Source: Eledone cirrhosa (taxonomy: Eukaryota). From it: a DNA stretch of 64,000 nucleotides. The DNA is taken from assembly GCA_964016885.1 (NCBI GenBank), contig OZ024743.1:130572001-130636000 (forward strand), written 5' to 3'. Both the position numbers and the translations under genes were made by a program. Each line of letters opens with the position of its first letter. The stretch's first letter is position 1. This document shows positions 35,901 to 49,300 of this stretch, piece by piece. The notes beneath the pieces are model-generated. The model was not told the DNA's origin and did not search any database. It saw only the letters and a program-made list of their open reading frames with translations.

Positions 35901-36800
35901 CTTGGTGCTTGTTGTTTGGTGTTTGGTGCTTCGTGCTTGGTGTTTGTTGTTTGGTGCTTGCTGCTTGCTGCTTGGTGTTTGGTGCTTGGTGATTGGTGCT
36001 TGGTGTTTTGTGCTTGGTGCTTGGTGTTTGGTGTTTGCTGCTAGGGGCTTGGTGCTTGATGCTTGGTGTTTGGTGCTTGGTGCTTGCTGTTTGGTGTTTG
36101 GTGCTTGGTGCGTGGGACTTAGTGTTTGGTGTTTGGTGCTTGGTGTTTGGTGCTTGGTGTTTGGTGCTTGGTGCTTGGTGTTTGGTGTTTGGTGCTTGGT
36201 GCTTGGGGCTTGGTCTTTGGTGCTTAGTGTTTGGTGCTTGGTGTTTGGTGCTTGGTGCTTGGTGTTTGGTGTTTGGTGTTTGGTGCTTGGTGTTTGGTGC
36301 TTGTTGCTTGGTGCTGGGTGGTTGGTGTTTGGTGTTTGGTGCTTGGTGCTTGGTGCTTATTGTTTGGTGCTTGGTGCTTGGTGCTTGGTGCTTGGTCTTT
36401 GGTGCTAGGTGTTTGGTGTTTGGTGCTTGGTGCCTGGTGTTTGGCGCTTGGTGCTTGGTGCTTGGTGTTTGGTGCTTGGTGTTTGGTGCTTGGTGATTAG
36501 TGTTTGGTGCTTGGTGCTTGGTGCCTGGTGCTTGGTGCTTGGTGCTTGATGTTTGGTGCTTGGTGCTTGGTGATTAGTGTTTGGTGCTTGGTGCTTTGGG
36601 TTTGGTGTTTGGTGCTTGGGGTTTGGTGTTTGGTGCTTGGTGCTTGGTGTTTGGTGCTTGGTGCTTGGTGTTTGGTGCTTGGTGCTTTGTGTTTGGTGCT
36701 TGGTGTTTGGTGCTTGGTGCTTGGTGCTTAGGTGATTGGTGTTAGGTGTTTGGTGCTTGATGATTGGTGTTTGATGTTAGGTTCTTGGTGCTTGGTGTTT
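32950..36800 (+). repeat. Direct duplication ~32950-34200 / ~35560-36800 (offset 2611/2604)
   Basis: ORF pairs 33025/35636 and 33382/35993 (2611 = 373x7), 33900/36504 (2604). The rare GTGTCAGG occurs at ~33245 and ~35856. Confidence 0.85.
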
Positions 36801-39723
36801 GGTGCTTGGTGCTTGGTGCTTGGTGTTTGGTGTTTGGTGCTTGCTGCTTGGTGCTTGGTGTTTTGTGTTTGGATTTTGGTGCTTGGTGTTTGGTGCTTCG
36901 GTCTTGGTGTTTGGTGTTTGGTGCTTGGTGCTTGGTGTTTGGTGTTTGGTGCCTGGTGCTTGGTGTTCGGTGCTTGGTGTTTGGTGTTTGGTGATTGGTG
37001 CTTGGTGTTTGGTGCTTGGTGCTTGGTGCTTGGTGCTTGGTGTTAGGCGTTTGGTGCTTGGTGCTTGGTGTTTGATGTTTGGTCCATTGTGCTTGGTGTT
37101 TGGTATTTTGTGCTTGGTGCTTGGTGTTTGGTGTTTGGTGCTTGGTGCTTGGTGTTTGGTGTTTGGTGCTTGCTGCTTGCTGCTTGGTGTTTGGTGCTAG
37201 GGGCTTGGTGCTTGGTGTTTCGTGTTTGGTGCTTGGTGCTTGGTGTTTGGTGTTTGGTGCTTGGTGCGTGGGACTTGGTCTTTGGTGCTTGGTGTTTGGT
37301 GCTTGGTGTTTGGTGCTTGGTGCCGGGTGCTTGGTGTTTGGTGTTTGGTGCTTGGTGTTTGGTGCTTGTTGTTTGGTGCTTGGTGTTCGGTGCTTGGTGC
37401 TTGGTGCTTGGTGTTTGGTGTTTGGTGCTTGGTGATTGGTGTTTGATGTTTGGTCCTTGGTGCTTGGTGTTTGGTGTTGTGTGCTTGGTGATTGGTGCTT
37501 GGTGTTTGGTGCTTGGTTCTTGGTGCTTGGTGTTTGGCGTTTGCTGTTTGCTGTTTGGTGGTTGGTGTTTGCTGTTTGGTGTTTGCTGTTTGGTGTTTGG
37601 TGTTTGGTGCTTGCTGTTTGGTGCTTGGTGCTTGGTGTTTGGTGTTTGGTGCTTGGTGTTTGGTGCTTGGTGCTTGGTGCTGGGTGTTTGGTGCTTGGTG
37701 CTTGGTGTTTGGTGCTTGGTGCTTGGTGCTTGGTCTTTGGTCCTTGGTGCTTGGTGCTTGGTCTTTGGTGCTTGGGTTTTGGTCTTTGGTGCTTGGTGCT
37801 TGGTGTTTGGTGCTTGGTGCTTGGTGCTTGGTGTTTGGTGCTTGCTGCTTGGTGCTTGGTGTTTGGTGCTTGGTGCTTGGTGATTAGTGTTTGGTGATTG
37901 GTGCTTGGGGTTTGGTGTTTAGGGCTTGGTGTTTGGTGCTTGGTGCTTGCTGTTTGGTGTTTGGTGCTGGGTGTTAGGTGCTTGGTGCTTGGTGTTTGGT
38001 GCTTGGTGCTTGGTGCTTGGTGCTTGGTGTTTGGTGCTTGGTGCTTGGTGCTTGGTGCTTGCTGTTTGGTGTTTGGTGTTTGGTTCTTGGTGCTTGGTGT
38101 TTGGTGTTTGGTGTTTGGTGCTTGGTGCTTGGTGCTTGGTGTTTGGTGCTTGGGGTTTGGTGTTTGGTGCTTGGTGTTTGGTGCTTGGTGCTTGCTGTTT
38201 GGTGTTTGGTGTTTGGTTCTTGGTGTTTGGTGTTTGGTATTTGGTGTTTGGTGCTTGGTGCTTGGTGCTTGGTGTTTGGTGCTTGGTGCTTGGTGCTTGG
38301 TGTTTTGTGTTTGGTGCTTGGTACTTGGTGATTAGTGTTTGGTGCTTGGTGCTTGCGGTTTGGTGTTTGGTGCTTGGGGTTTGGTGTTTGGTGCTTGGTG
38401 CTTGCTGCTTGGTGCTTGGTGTTTGGTGCTTGGTGCTTGGTGTTTGGTGTTTGGTGCTTGGGGTTTGGTGTTTGGTGCTTGGTGCTTGGAGTTTGGTGCT
38501 TGGTGCTTGGTGTTTGGAGTTTGGTGCTTGGTGCTTGGTGCCTGGTGCTTGTTGTTTGGTGTTTGGTGCTTAGTGGTTGGTGTTTGGTGTTTGGTGCTTG
38601 GTGTTTGGTGGCTGGTGTTTGGTGCTTGGTGTTTGGAGTTTGGTGTTTGGTGCTTGGTGCCTGGTGTTTCGTGCTTGGTGCTTGGTGCTTGGTGTCTGGT
38701 GTTTGGTGCTTGGTGCTTGGTGTTTGGTGTTTGGTGCTTGGGGTTTGGTGTTTGGTGCTTGGTGCTTGGAGTTTGGTGCTTGGTGCTTGGTGTTTGGAGT
38801 TTGGTGCTTGGTGCTTGCTGCCTGGTGCTTGTTGTTTGGTGTTTGGTGCTTAGTGGTTGGTGTTTGGTGTTTGGTGCTTGGTGCTTGGTGGCTGGTGTTT
38901 GGTGCTTGGTGTTTGGAGTTTGGTGTTTGGTGCTTGGTGCCTGGTGTTTCGTGCTTGGTGCTTGGTGCTTGGTGTCTGGTGTTTGGTGCTTGGTGTTTGG
39001 TGTTTGGTACTTGGTGCTTGGTGCTTGGTGCTTGGTGTTTGGTGCTTGGTGTTTGATGCTGCGTGCTTGGTGTTTGGTGTTTGGTGCTTGGTGCTTGGTG
39101 TTTGGTATTTGGAGCTTGGTGCCTGGTGCTTGTTGTTTAGTGTTTGGTGCTTGGTGCTTGGTGTTTGGTGTTTGGCGTTTGGTGCTTGGTGCTTGGTATC
39201 TGGTGTTTGGTGCTTGATGTTTGGTGTTTGGTGCTTGGTGCTTGGTGTTTGGTGTTTGGTGCTTGGTGCTTGGTGTTTGGTGCTTGGTGTTTGGTGTTTG
39301 GTGTTTGATGCTTGGTGTTTGCTGCTTGGTGCTTGGTGCTTGGTGTTTTGTGTTTGGTGCTTGGTGCTTGGTGCCTGCTGCTTGGTGCTTGGTGCTTGTT
39401 GTTTGGTGCTTGGTGCTTGGTGATTAGTGTTTGGTGCTTGGTGCTTGCGGTTTGGTGTTTGGTGCTTGGGGTTTGGTGTTTGGTGCTTGGAGCTTGGTGT
39501 TTGGTGCTTGGTGCTTGGTGCTTGGTGTTTGGTGCTTGGTGCTTGGTGTTTGGTGCTTGGTGCTTGGTGTTTGGTGTTTGGCGTTTGCTGTTTGCTGTTT
39601 GGTGTTTGGTGTTTGCTGTTTGGTGTTTGCTGTTTGGTGTTTGGTGTTTGGTGCTTGCTGTTTGGTGCTTGGTGCTTGGTGTTTGGTGTTTGGTGTTTGG
39701 TGCTTGGTGCTTGGTGTTTGGTG
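34260..39723 (+). repeat. Direct duplication ~34260-35550 / ~38433-39723 (offset 4173), each copy containing an internal 280-bp tandem pair
   Basis: ORF pairs 34404/38577, 34684/38857 and 35254/39427 all have offset 4173. Internal pairs 34404/34684 and 38577/38857 have offset 280. Confidence 0.85.
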
Positions 39724-39769
39724 CTTGGTGCTTGGTGCTGGGTGTTTGGTGCTTGGAGCTTGCTGTTTG

Positions 39770-42700
39770 GTGTTTGGTGTTTGGTTCTTGGTGCTTGGTG
39801 TTTGGTGTTTGGTGTTTGGTGCCTGGTGCTTGGTGCTTGGTGTTTGGTGCTTGGTGCTTGGTGATTAGTGTTTGGTGATTGGTGCTTGGGGTTTGGTGTT
39901 TGGTGCTTGGTGTTTGGTGCTTGGTGCTTGCTGTTTGGTGTTTGGTTCTTGGTGCTTGGTGTTTGGTGTTTGGTGTTTGGTGCTTGGTGCTTGGTGCTTG
40001 GTGTTTGGTGCTTGGTGCTTGGTGCTTGGTGTTTGGTGCTGCGTGCTTGGTGTTTGGTGCTTGGTGTTTGGTGCTTGGTGCTTGGTGCTTGGTGCTTGGT
40101 GTTTGGTGATTGGTGCTTGGTGCTTGGTGCTTGGTGTTAGGTGTTTGGTCCTTGGTGCTTGTTGTTTGGTGTTTTGTGCTTGGTGCTTGGCGTTTGGTGT
40201 TTGGTGCTAGGGGCTTGGTGCTTGATGCTTGGTGTTTGGTGCTTGGTGCTTGCTGTTTGGTGTTTGGTGCTTGGTGCCTGGGGCTTGTTGTTTGGTGTTT
40301 GGTGCTTAGTGCTTGGTGTTTGGTGTTTGGTGCTTGGTGCTTGGTGGCTGGTGCTAGGTGCTTGGTGTTTGGAGTTTGGTGCTTGGTGCTTGGTGCCTGG
40401 TGTTTCGTGCTTGGTGATTGGTGCTTGGTGTTTGGTGTTTGGTGTTTGGTGTTTGGTGTTTGGTACTTGGTGCTTGGTGCTTGGTGTTTGGTGCTTGGTG
40501 TTTGGTGATTGGTGCTTGGTGCTTGGTGCTTGGTGCTTGGTGTTAGGTGTTTGGTCCTTGGTGCTTGTTGTTTGGTGTTTTGTGCTTGGTGCTTGGCGTT
40601 TGGTGTTTGGTGCTAGGGGCTTGGTGCTTGATGCTTGGTGTTTGGTGCTTGGTGCTTGCTGTTTGGTGTTTGGTGCTTGGTGCGTGGGACTTAGTGTTTG
40701 GCGTTTGGTGCTTGGTGTTTGGTGCTTGGTGTTTGGTGCTTGGTGTTTGGTGCTTGGTGCTTGGTGTTTGGTGTTTGGTGCTTAGTGCTTGGGGCTTGGT
40801 GTTTGGTGCTTGGTGTTTGGTGTTTGGTGCTTGGTGCTTGGTGTTTGGCGCTTGGTGCTTGGTGCTTGGTGTTTGGTGCTTGGTGCTTGGTGCTTGGTGC
40901 TTGGTGATTAGTGTTTGGTGCTTGGTGCTTGGTGCCTGGTGCTTGGTGCTTGGTGCTTGTTGTTTGGTGCTTGGTGTTTGGTGCTTGGTGCTTGGTGCTG
41001 GGTGGTTGGTGTTTGGTGTTTGGTGCTTGGTGCTTGGTGCTTATTGTTTGGTGCTTGGTGATTGGTGCTTGGTGCTTGGTCTTTGGTGCTTGGTGTTTGG
41101 TGTTTGGTACTTGGGGCCTGGTGTTTGGCGCTTGGTGCTTGGTGTTTGGTGCTTGGTGTTTGGTGCTTGGTGATTAGTGTTTGGTGCTTGGTGCTTGGTG
41201 CCTGGTGCTTGGTGCTTGGTGCTTGATGTTTGGTGCTTGGTGCTTGGTGATTAGTGTTTGGTGCTTGGTGCATTGGGTTTGGTGTTTGGTGCTTGGGGTT
41301 TGGTGTTTGGTGCTTGGTGCTTGGTGTTTGGTGCTTGGTGCATGGTGTTTGGTGCTTGGTGCTTTGTGTTTGGTGCTTGGTGTTTGGTGCTTGGTGCTTG
41401 GTGCTTGGTTCTTGGTGTTAGGTGTTTGGTGCTTGGTGATTGGTGTTTGATGTTAGGTTCTTGGTGCTTGGTGTTTGGTGTTTGGTGCTTGGTGCTTGGT
41501 GTTTGGTGTTTGGTGCTTGCTGCTTGGTGCTTGGTGTTTTGTGTTTGCAGTTTGGTGCTTGGTGTTTGGTGCTTCGGTCTTGGTGTTTGGTGTTTGGTGC
41601 TTGGTGCCTGGGGCTTGTTGTTTGGTGTTTGGTGCTTAGTGCTTGGTGTTTGGTGTTTGGTGCTTGGTGCTTGGTGGCTGGTGCTTGGTGCTTGGTGTTT
41701 GCAGTTTGGTGCTTGGTGCTTGGTGCCTGGTGTTTCGTGCTTGGTGCTTGGTGCTTGGTGTTTGGTGTTTGGTGCTTGGTGTTTGGTGTTTGGTACTTGG
41801 TGCTTGGTGCTTGGTGTTTGGTGCTTGGTGTTTGGTGCTTGGTGCTTGGTGCTTGGTGCTTGGTGTTTGATGTTTGGTCCTTGGTGCTTGTTGTTTGGTG
41901 TTTGGTGCTTCGTGCTTGGTGTTTGGTGTTTGGTGCTTGCTGCTTGCCGCTTGGTATTTGGTGCTTGGTGATTGGTGCTTGGTGTTTTGTGCTTGGTGCT
42001 TGGTGTTTGGTGTTTGCTGCTAGGGGCTTGGTGCTTGATGCTTGGTGTGTGGTGCTTGGTGCTTGCTGTTTGGTGTTTGGTGCTTGGTGCGTGGGACTTA
42101 GTGTTTGGTGTTTGGTGCTTGGTGTTTGGTGCTTGGTGTTTGGTGCTTGGTGCTTGGTGTTTGGTGTTTGGTGCTTGGTGCTTGGGGCTTGGTCTTTGGT
42201 GCTTAGTGTTTGGTGCTTGGTGTTTGGTGCTTGGTGCTTGGTGCCTGGTGTTTGGTGTTTGGTGTTTGGTGCTTGGTGTTTGGTGCTTGGTGCTTGGTGC
42301 TGGGTGGTTGGTGTTTGGTGTTTGGTGCTTGGTGCTTGGTGCTTATTGTTTGGTGCTTGGTGCTTGGTGCTTGGTGCTTGGTCTTTGGTGCTTGGTGTTT
42401 GGTGTTTGGTGCTTGGTGCCTGGTGTTTGGCGCTTGGTGCTTGGTGTTTGGTGCTTGGTGTTTGGTGCTTGGTGATTAGTGTTTGGTGCTTGGTGCTTGG
42501 TGCCTGGTGCTTGGTGCTTGGTGCTTGATGTTTGGTGCTTGGTGCTTGGTGATTAGTGTTTGGTGCTTGGTGCTTGGTGTTTGGTGCTTGGTGCTTGGTG
42601 TTTGGTGCTTGGTGCTTTGTGTTTGGTGCTTGGTGTTTGGTGCTTGGTGCTTGGTGCTTGGTGCTTGGTGTTAGGTGTTTGGTGCTTGATGATTGGTGTT

Positions 42701-45700
42701 TGATGTTAGGTTCTTGGTGATTGGTGTTTGGTGTTTGGTGCTTGGTGCTTGGTGTTTGGTGTTTGGTGCTTGCTGCTTGGTGCTTGGTGTTTTGTGTTTG
42801 GATTTTGGTGCTTGGTGTTTGGTGCTTCGGTCTTGGTGTTTGGTGTTTGGTGCTTGGTGCTTGGTGTTTGGTGTTTGGTGCCTGGTGCTTGGTGTTCGGT
42901 GCTTGGTGTTTGGTGTTTGGTGATTGGTGCTTGTTGTTTGGTGCTTGGTGCTTGGTGCTTGGTGTTAGGCGTTTGGTCCTTGGTGCTTGGTGTTTGTTGT
43001 TTGGTCCATTGTGCTTGGTGTTTGGTATTTTGTGCTTGGTGCTTGGTGTTTGGTGCTTGGTGCTTGGTGTTTGGTGCTTGGTGCTTGGTGCCTGGTGTTT
43101 GGTCCTTGGTGCTTGGTGCTTGGTGCTTGGTGCTTGGTGCTTGCTGTTTGGTGTTTGGTGTTTGGTTCTTGGTGCTTGGTGTTTGGTGTTTGGTGTTTGG
43201 TGCTTGGTGCTTGGTGCTTGGTGTTTGGTGCTTGGTGCTTGGTGATTAGTGTTTGGTGATTGGTGCTTGGGGTTTGGTGTTTGGTGCTTGGTGTTTGGTG
43301 CTTGGTGCTTGCTGTTTGGTGTTTGGTTCTTGGTGCTTGGTGTTTGGTGTTTCGTGTTTGGTGCTTGGTGCTTGGTGCTTGGTGTTTGGTGCTTGGTGCT
43401 TGGTGCTTGGTGTTTGGTGCTGCGTGCTTGGTGTTTGGTGCTTGGTGTTTGGTGCTTGGTGTTTGGTGCTTGGTGCTTGGTGTTTGGTGATTGGTGCTTG
43501 GTGCTTGGTGCTTGGTGCTTGGTGTTAGGTGTTTGGTCCTTGGTGCTTGTTGTTTGGTGTTTTGTGCTTGGTGCTTGGCGTTTGGTGTTTGGTGCTAGGG
43601 GCTTGGTGCTTGATGCTTGGTGTTTGGTGCTTGGTGCTTGCTGTTTGGTGTTTGGTGCTTGGTGCCTGGGGCTTGTTGTTTGGTGTTTGGTGCTTAGTGC
43701 TTGGTGTTTGGTGTTTGGTGCTTGGTGCTTGGTGGCTGGTGCTTGGTGCTTGGTGTTTGGAGTTTGGTGCTTGGTGCTTGGTGCCTGGTGTTTCGTGCTT
43801 GGTGATTGGTGCTTGGTGTTTGGTGATTGGTGCTTGGTGCTTGGTGCTTGGTGCTTGGTGTTAGGTGTTTGGTCCTTGGTGCTTGTTGTTTGGTGTTTTG
43901 TGCTTGGTGCTTGGCGTTTGGTGTTTGGTGCTAGGGGCTTGGTGCTTGATGCTTGGTGTTTGGTGCTTGGTGCTTGCTGTTTGGTGTTTGGTGCTTGGTG
44001 CGTGGGACTTAGTGTTTGGTGTTTGGTGCTTGGTGTTTGGTGCTTGGTGTTTGGTGCTTGGTGCTTGGTGTTTGGTGTTTGGTGCTTAGTGCTTGGGGCT
44101 TGGTGTTTGGTGCTTGGTGTTTGGTGTTTGGTGCTTGGTGCTTGGTGTTTGGCGCTTGGTGCTTGGTGCTTGGTGTTTGGTGCTTGGTGCTTGGTGCTTG
44201 GTACTTGGTGATTAGTGTTTGGTGCTTGGTGCTTGGTGCCTGGTGCTTGGTGCTTGGTGCTTGTTGTTTGGTGCTTGGTGTTTGGTGCTTGGTGCTTGGT
44301 GCTGGGTGGTTGGTGTTTGGTGTTTTGTGCTTGGTGTTTGGTGCTTATTGTTTGGTGCTTGGTGCTTGGTGCTTGGTGCTTGGTCTTTGGTGCTTGGTGT
44401 TTGGTGTTTGGTACTTGGGGCCTGGTGTTTGGCGCTTGGTGCTTGGTGCTTGGTGTTTGGTGCTTGGTGTTTGGTGCTTGGTGATTAGTGTTTGGTGCTT
44501 GGTGCTTGGTGCCTGGTGCTTGGTGCTTGGTGCTTGATGTTTGGTGCTTGGTGCTTGGTGATTAGTGTTTGGTGCTTGGTGCTTTGGGTTTGGTGTTTGG
44601 TGCTTGGGGTTTGGTGTTTGGTGCTTGGTGCTTGGTGTTTGGTGCTTGGTGCTTGGTGTTTGGTGCTTGGAGCTTTGTGTTTGGTGCTTGGTGTTTGGTG
44701 CTTGGTGCTTGGTGCTTGGTTCTTGGTGTTAGGTGTTTGGTGCTTGGTGATTGGTGTTTGATGTTAGGTTCTTGGTGCTTGGTGTTTGGTGTTTGGTGCT
44801 TGGTGCTTGGTGTTTGGTGCTTGGTGCTTGCTGCTTGGTGCTTGGTGTTTTGTGTTTGCAGTTTGGTGCTTGGTGTTTGGTGCTTCGGTCTTGGTGTTTG
44901 GTGTTTGGTGCTTGGTGCCTGGGGCTTGTTGTTTGGTGTTTGGTGCTTAGTGCTTGGTGTTTGGTGTTTGGTGCTTGGTGCTTGGTGGCTGGTGCTTGGT
45001 GCTTGGTGTTTGCAGTTTGGTGCTTGTTGCTTGGTGCCTGGTGTTTCGTGCTTGGTGCTTGGTGCTTGGTGTTTGGTGTTTGGTGCTTGGTGTTTGGTGT
45101 TTGGTACTTGGTGCTTGGTGCTTGGTGTTTGGTGCTTGGTGTTTGGTGCTTGGTGCTTGGTGCTTGGTGCTTGGTGTTTGATGTTTGGTCCTTGGTGCTT
45201 GTTGTTTGGTGTTTGGTGCTTCGTGCTTGGTGTTTGGTGTTTGGTGCTTGCTGCTTGCTGCTTGGTGTTTGGTGCTTGGTGATTGGTGCTTGGTGTTTTG
45301 TGCTTGGTGCTTGGTGTTTGGTGTTTGCTGCTAGGGGCTTGGTGCTTGATGCTTGGTGTGTGGTGCTTGGTGCTTGCTGTTTGGTGTTTGGTGCTTGGTG
45401 CGTGGGACTTAGTGTTTGGTGTTTGGTGCTTGGTGTTTGGTGCTTGGTGTTTGGTGCTTGGTGCTTGGTGTTTGGTGTTTGGTGCTTGGTGCTTGGGGCT
45501 TGGTGTTTGGTGCTTAGTGTTTGGTGCTTGGTGTTTGGTGCGTGGTGCTTGGTGCCTGGTGTTTGGTGTTTGGTGTTTGGTGCTTGGTGTTTGGTGCTTG
45601 GTGCTTGGTGCTGGGTGGTTGGTGTTTGGTGTTTGGTGCTTGGTGCTTGGTGCTTATTGTTTGGTGCTTGGTGCTTGGTGCTTGGTGCTTGGTCTTTGGT

Positions 45701-46370
45701 GCTTGGTGTTTGGTGTTTGATGCTTGGTGCCTGGTGTTTGGCGCTTGGTGCTTGGTGCTTGGTGTTTGGTGCTTGGTGTTTGGTGCTTGGTGATTAGTGT
45801 TTGGTGCTTGGTGCTTGGTGCCTGGTGCTTGGTGCTTGGTGCTTGATGTTTGGTGCTTGGTGCTTGGTGATTAGTGTTTGGTGCTTGGTGCTTGGTGTTT
45901 GGTGCTTGGTGCTTGGTGTTTGGTGCTTGGTGCTTTGTGTTTGGTGCTTGGTGTTTGGTGCTTGGTGCTTGGTGCTTGGTGCTTGGTGTTAGGTGTTTGG
46001 TGCTTGATGATTGGTGTTTGATGTTAGGTTCTTGGTGATTGGTGTTTGGTGTTTGGTGCTTGGTGCTTGGTGTTTGGTGTTTGGTGCTTGCTGCTTGGTG
46101 CTTGGTGTTTTGTGTTTGGATTTTGGTGCTTGGTGTTTGGTGCTTCGGTCTTGGTGTTTGGTGTTTGGTGCTTGGTGCTTGGTGTTTGGTGTTTGGTGCC
46201 TGGTGCTTGGTGTTCGGTGCTTGGTGTTTGGTGTTTGGTGATTGGTGCTTGTTGTTTGGTGCTTGGTGCTTGGTGCTTGGTGCTTTGTGTTAGGCGTTTG
46301 GTCCTTGGTGCTTGGTGTTTGTTGTTTGGTCCATTGTGCTTGGTGTTTGGTATTTTGTGCTTGGTGCTTG
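39770..46370 (+). repeat. Tandem higher-order duplication, ~3.3-kb unit x2
   Basis: ORF pairs 39868/43249 (3381), 40547/43865 (3318), 41181/44492 and 41258/44569 (3311), 42483/45801 (3318). All offsets are multiples of 7. Confidence 0.85.
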
Positions 46371-49300
46371 GTGTTTGGTGTTTGGTGCTTGGTGCTTGGT
46401 GTTTGGTGTTTGGTGCTTGCTGCTTGCTGCTTGGTGTTTGGTGCTAGGGGCTTGGTGCTTGGTGTTTCGTGTTTGGTGCTTGGTGCTTGGTGTTTGGTGT
46501 TTGGTGCTTGGTGCGTGGGACTTGGTGTTTGGTGCTTGGTGTTTGGTGCTTGGTGTTTGGTGCTTGGTGCCTGGTGCTTGGTGTTTGGTGTTTGGTGCTT
46601 GGTGTTTGGTGCTTGTTGTTTGGTGCTTGGTGTTCAGTGCTTGGTGCTTGGTGCTTGGTGCTTGGTGTTTGGTGTTTGGTGCTTGGTGCTTGGTGTTTGA
46701 TGTTTGGTCCTTGGTGCTTGGTGTTTGGTGTTGTGTGCTTGGTGCTTGGTGTTTGGCGTTTGCTGTTTGCTGTTTGGTGGTTGGTGTTTGCTGTTTGGTG
46801 TTTGCTGTTTGGTGTTTGGTGTTTGGTGCTTGCTGTTTGGTGCTTGGTGCTTGGTGTTTGGTGTTTGGTGCTTGGTGTTTGGTGCTTGGTGCTTGGTGCT
46901 GGGTGTTTGGTGCTTGGTGCTTGGTGTTTGGTGCTTGGTGCTTGGTGCTTGGTGTTTGGTCCTTGGTGCTTGGTGCTTGGTCTTTGGTGCTTGGGTTTTG
47001 GTGTTTGGTGCTTGGTGCTTGGTGTTTGGTGCTTGGTGCTTGGTGCTTGGTGTTTGGTGCTTGCTGCTTGGTGCTTGGTGTTTGGTGCTTGGTGCTTGGT
47101 GATTAGTGTTTGGTGATTGGTGCTTGGGGTTTGGTGTTTGGGGCTTGGTGTTTGGTGCTTGGTGCTTGCTGTTTGGTGTTTGGTGTTTGGTTCTTGGTGC
47201 TTGGTGTTTGGTATTTGGTGTTTGGTGCTTGGTGCTTGGTGCTTGGTGTTTGGTGTTTGGTGCTTGGTGCTTGGTGTTTGGTGCTGCGTGCTTGGTGTTT
47301 GGTGTTTGGTGCTTGGTGCCTGGGGCTTGTTGTTTGGTGTTTGGTGCTTAGTGCTTGGTGTTTGGTGTTTGGTGCTTGGTGCTTGGTGGCTGGTGCTTGG
47401 TGCTTGGTGTTTGGAGTTTGGTGCTTGGTGCTTGGTGTCTGGTGTTTCGTGCTTGGTGCTTGGTGCTTGGTGTTTGGTGTTTGGTGCTTGGTGTTTGGTG
47501 CTTGGTGTTTGGTGCTTGGTTCTTGGTGCTTGGTGTTAGGTGTTTGGTGCTTGGTGCTTGGTGTTTGATGTTTGGTCCTTGGTGCTTGTTGTTTGGTGTT
47601 TGGTGCTTGGTGCTTGGTGTTTGGTGTTTGGTGCTTGCTGCTTGCTGCTTGGTGTTTGGTGCTTGGTGATTGGTGCTTGGTGTTTTATGCTTGGTGCTTG
47701 GTGTTTGGTGTTTGGTGCTAGGGGCTTGGTGCTTGATGCTTGATGTTTGGTGCTTGGTGCGTGCTGTTTGGTGTTTGGTGCTTGGTGCGTGGGACTTAGT
47801 GTTTGGTGTTTGGTGCTTGGTGTTTTGTGCTTGGTGTTTGGTGCTTGGTGCTTGGTGTTTGGTGTTTGGTGCTTGGTGCTTGGGGCTTGGTGTTTGGTGC
47901 TTAGTGTTTGGTGCTTGGTGTTTGGTGCTTGGTGTTTGGTGCTTGGTGCTTGGTGCTTGGTGTTTGGTGTATGGTGTTTGGTGCTTGTTGTTTGGTGCTT
48001 GGTGCTTGGTGATTAGTGTTTGGTGCTTGGTGCTTGCGGTTTGGTGTTTGGTGCTTGGGGTTTGGTGTTTGGTGCTTGGTGCTTGGTGCTTGGTCTTTGG
48101 TGCTTGGTGTTTGGTGTTTGGTGCTTGGTGCTTGGTGTTTGGTGTTTGGTGCTTGCTGCTTGCTGCTTGGTGTTTGGTGCTAGGGGCTTGGTGCTTGGTG
48201 TTTCGTGTTTGGTGCTTGGTGCTTGGTGTTTGGTGTTTGGTGCTTGGTGCGTGGGACTTGGTGTTTGGTGCTTGGTGTTTGGTGCTTGGTGTTTGGTGCT
48301 TGGTGCCTGGTGCTTGGTGTTTGGTGTTTGGTGCTTGGTGTTTGGTGCTTGTTGTTTGGTGCTTGGTGTTCGGTGCTTGGTGCTTGGTGCTTGGTGCTTG
48401 GTGTTTGGTGTTTGGTGCTTGGTGCTTGGTGTTTGATGTTTGGTCCTTGGTGCTTGGTGTTTGGTGTTGTGTGCTTGGTGCTTGGTGCTTGGTGTTTGGT
48501 GCTTGGTGCTTGGTGCATGGTGTTTGGCGTTTGCTGTTTGCTGTTTGGTGGTTGGTGTTTGCTGTTTGGTGTTTGCTGTTTGGTGTTTGGTGTTTGGTGC
48601 TTGCTGTTTGGTGCTTGGTGCTTGGTGTTTGGTGTTTGGTGCTTGGTGTTTGGTGCTTGGTGCTTGGTGCTGGGTGTTTGGTGCTTGGTGCTTGGTGTTT
48701 GGTGCTTGGTGCTTGGTGCTTGGTGTTTGGTCCTTGGTGCTTGGTGCTTGGTGTTTGGTGCTTGCTGCTTGGTGCTTGGTGTTTGGTGCTTGGTGCTTGG
48801 TGATTAGTGTTTGGTGATTGGTGCTTGGGGTTTGGTGTTTGGGGCTTGGTGTTTGGTGCTTGGTGCTTGCTGTTTGGTGTTTGGTGTTTGGTTGTTGGTG
48901 CTTGGTGTTTGGTATTTGGTGTTTGGTGCTTGGTGCTTGGTGCTTGGTGTTTGGTGCTTGGTGCTTGGTGCTTGGTGTTTGGTGCTGCGTGCTTGGTGTT
49001 TGGTGTTTGGTGCTTGGTGCCTGGGGCTTGTTGTTTGGTGTTTGGTGCTTAGTGCTTGGTGTTTGGTGTTTGGTGCTTGGTGCTTAGTGGCTGTTGCTTG
49101 GTGCTTGGTGTTTGGAGTTTGGTGCTTGGTGCTTGGTGTCTGGTGTTTCGTGCTTGGTGCTTGGTGCTTGGTGTTTGGTGTTTGGTGCTTGGTGTTTGGT
49201 GCTTGGTGTTTGGTGCTTGGTTCTTGGTGCTTGGTGTTAGGTGTTTGGTGCTTGGTGCTTGGTGTTTGATGTTTGGTCCTTGGTGCTTGTTGTTTGGTGT

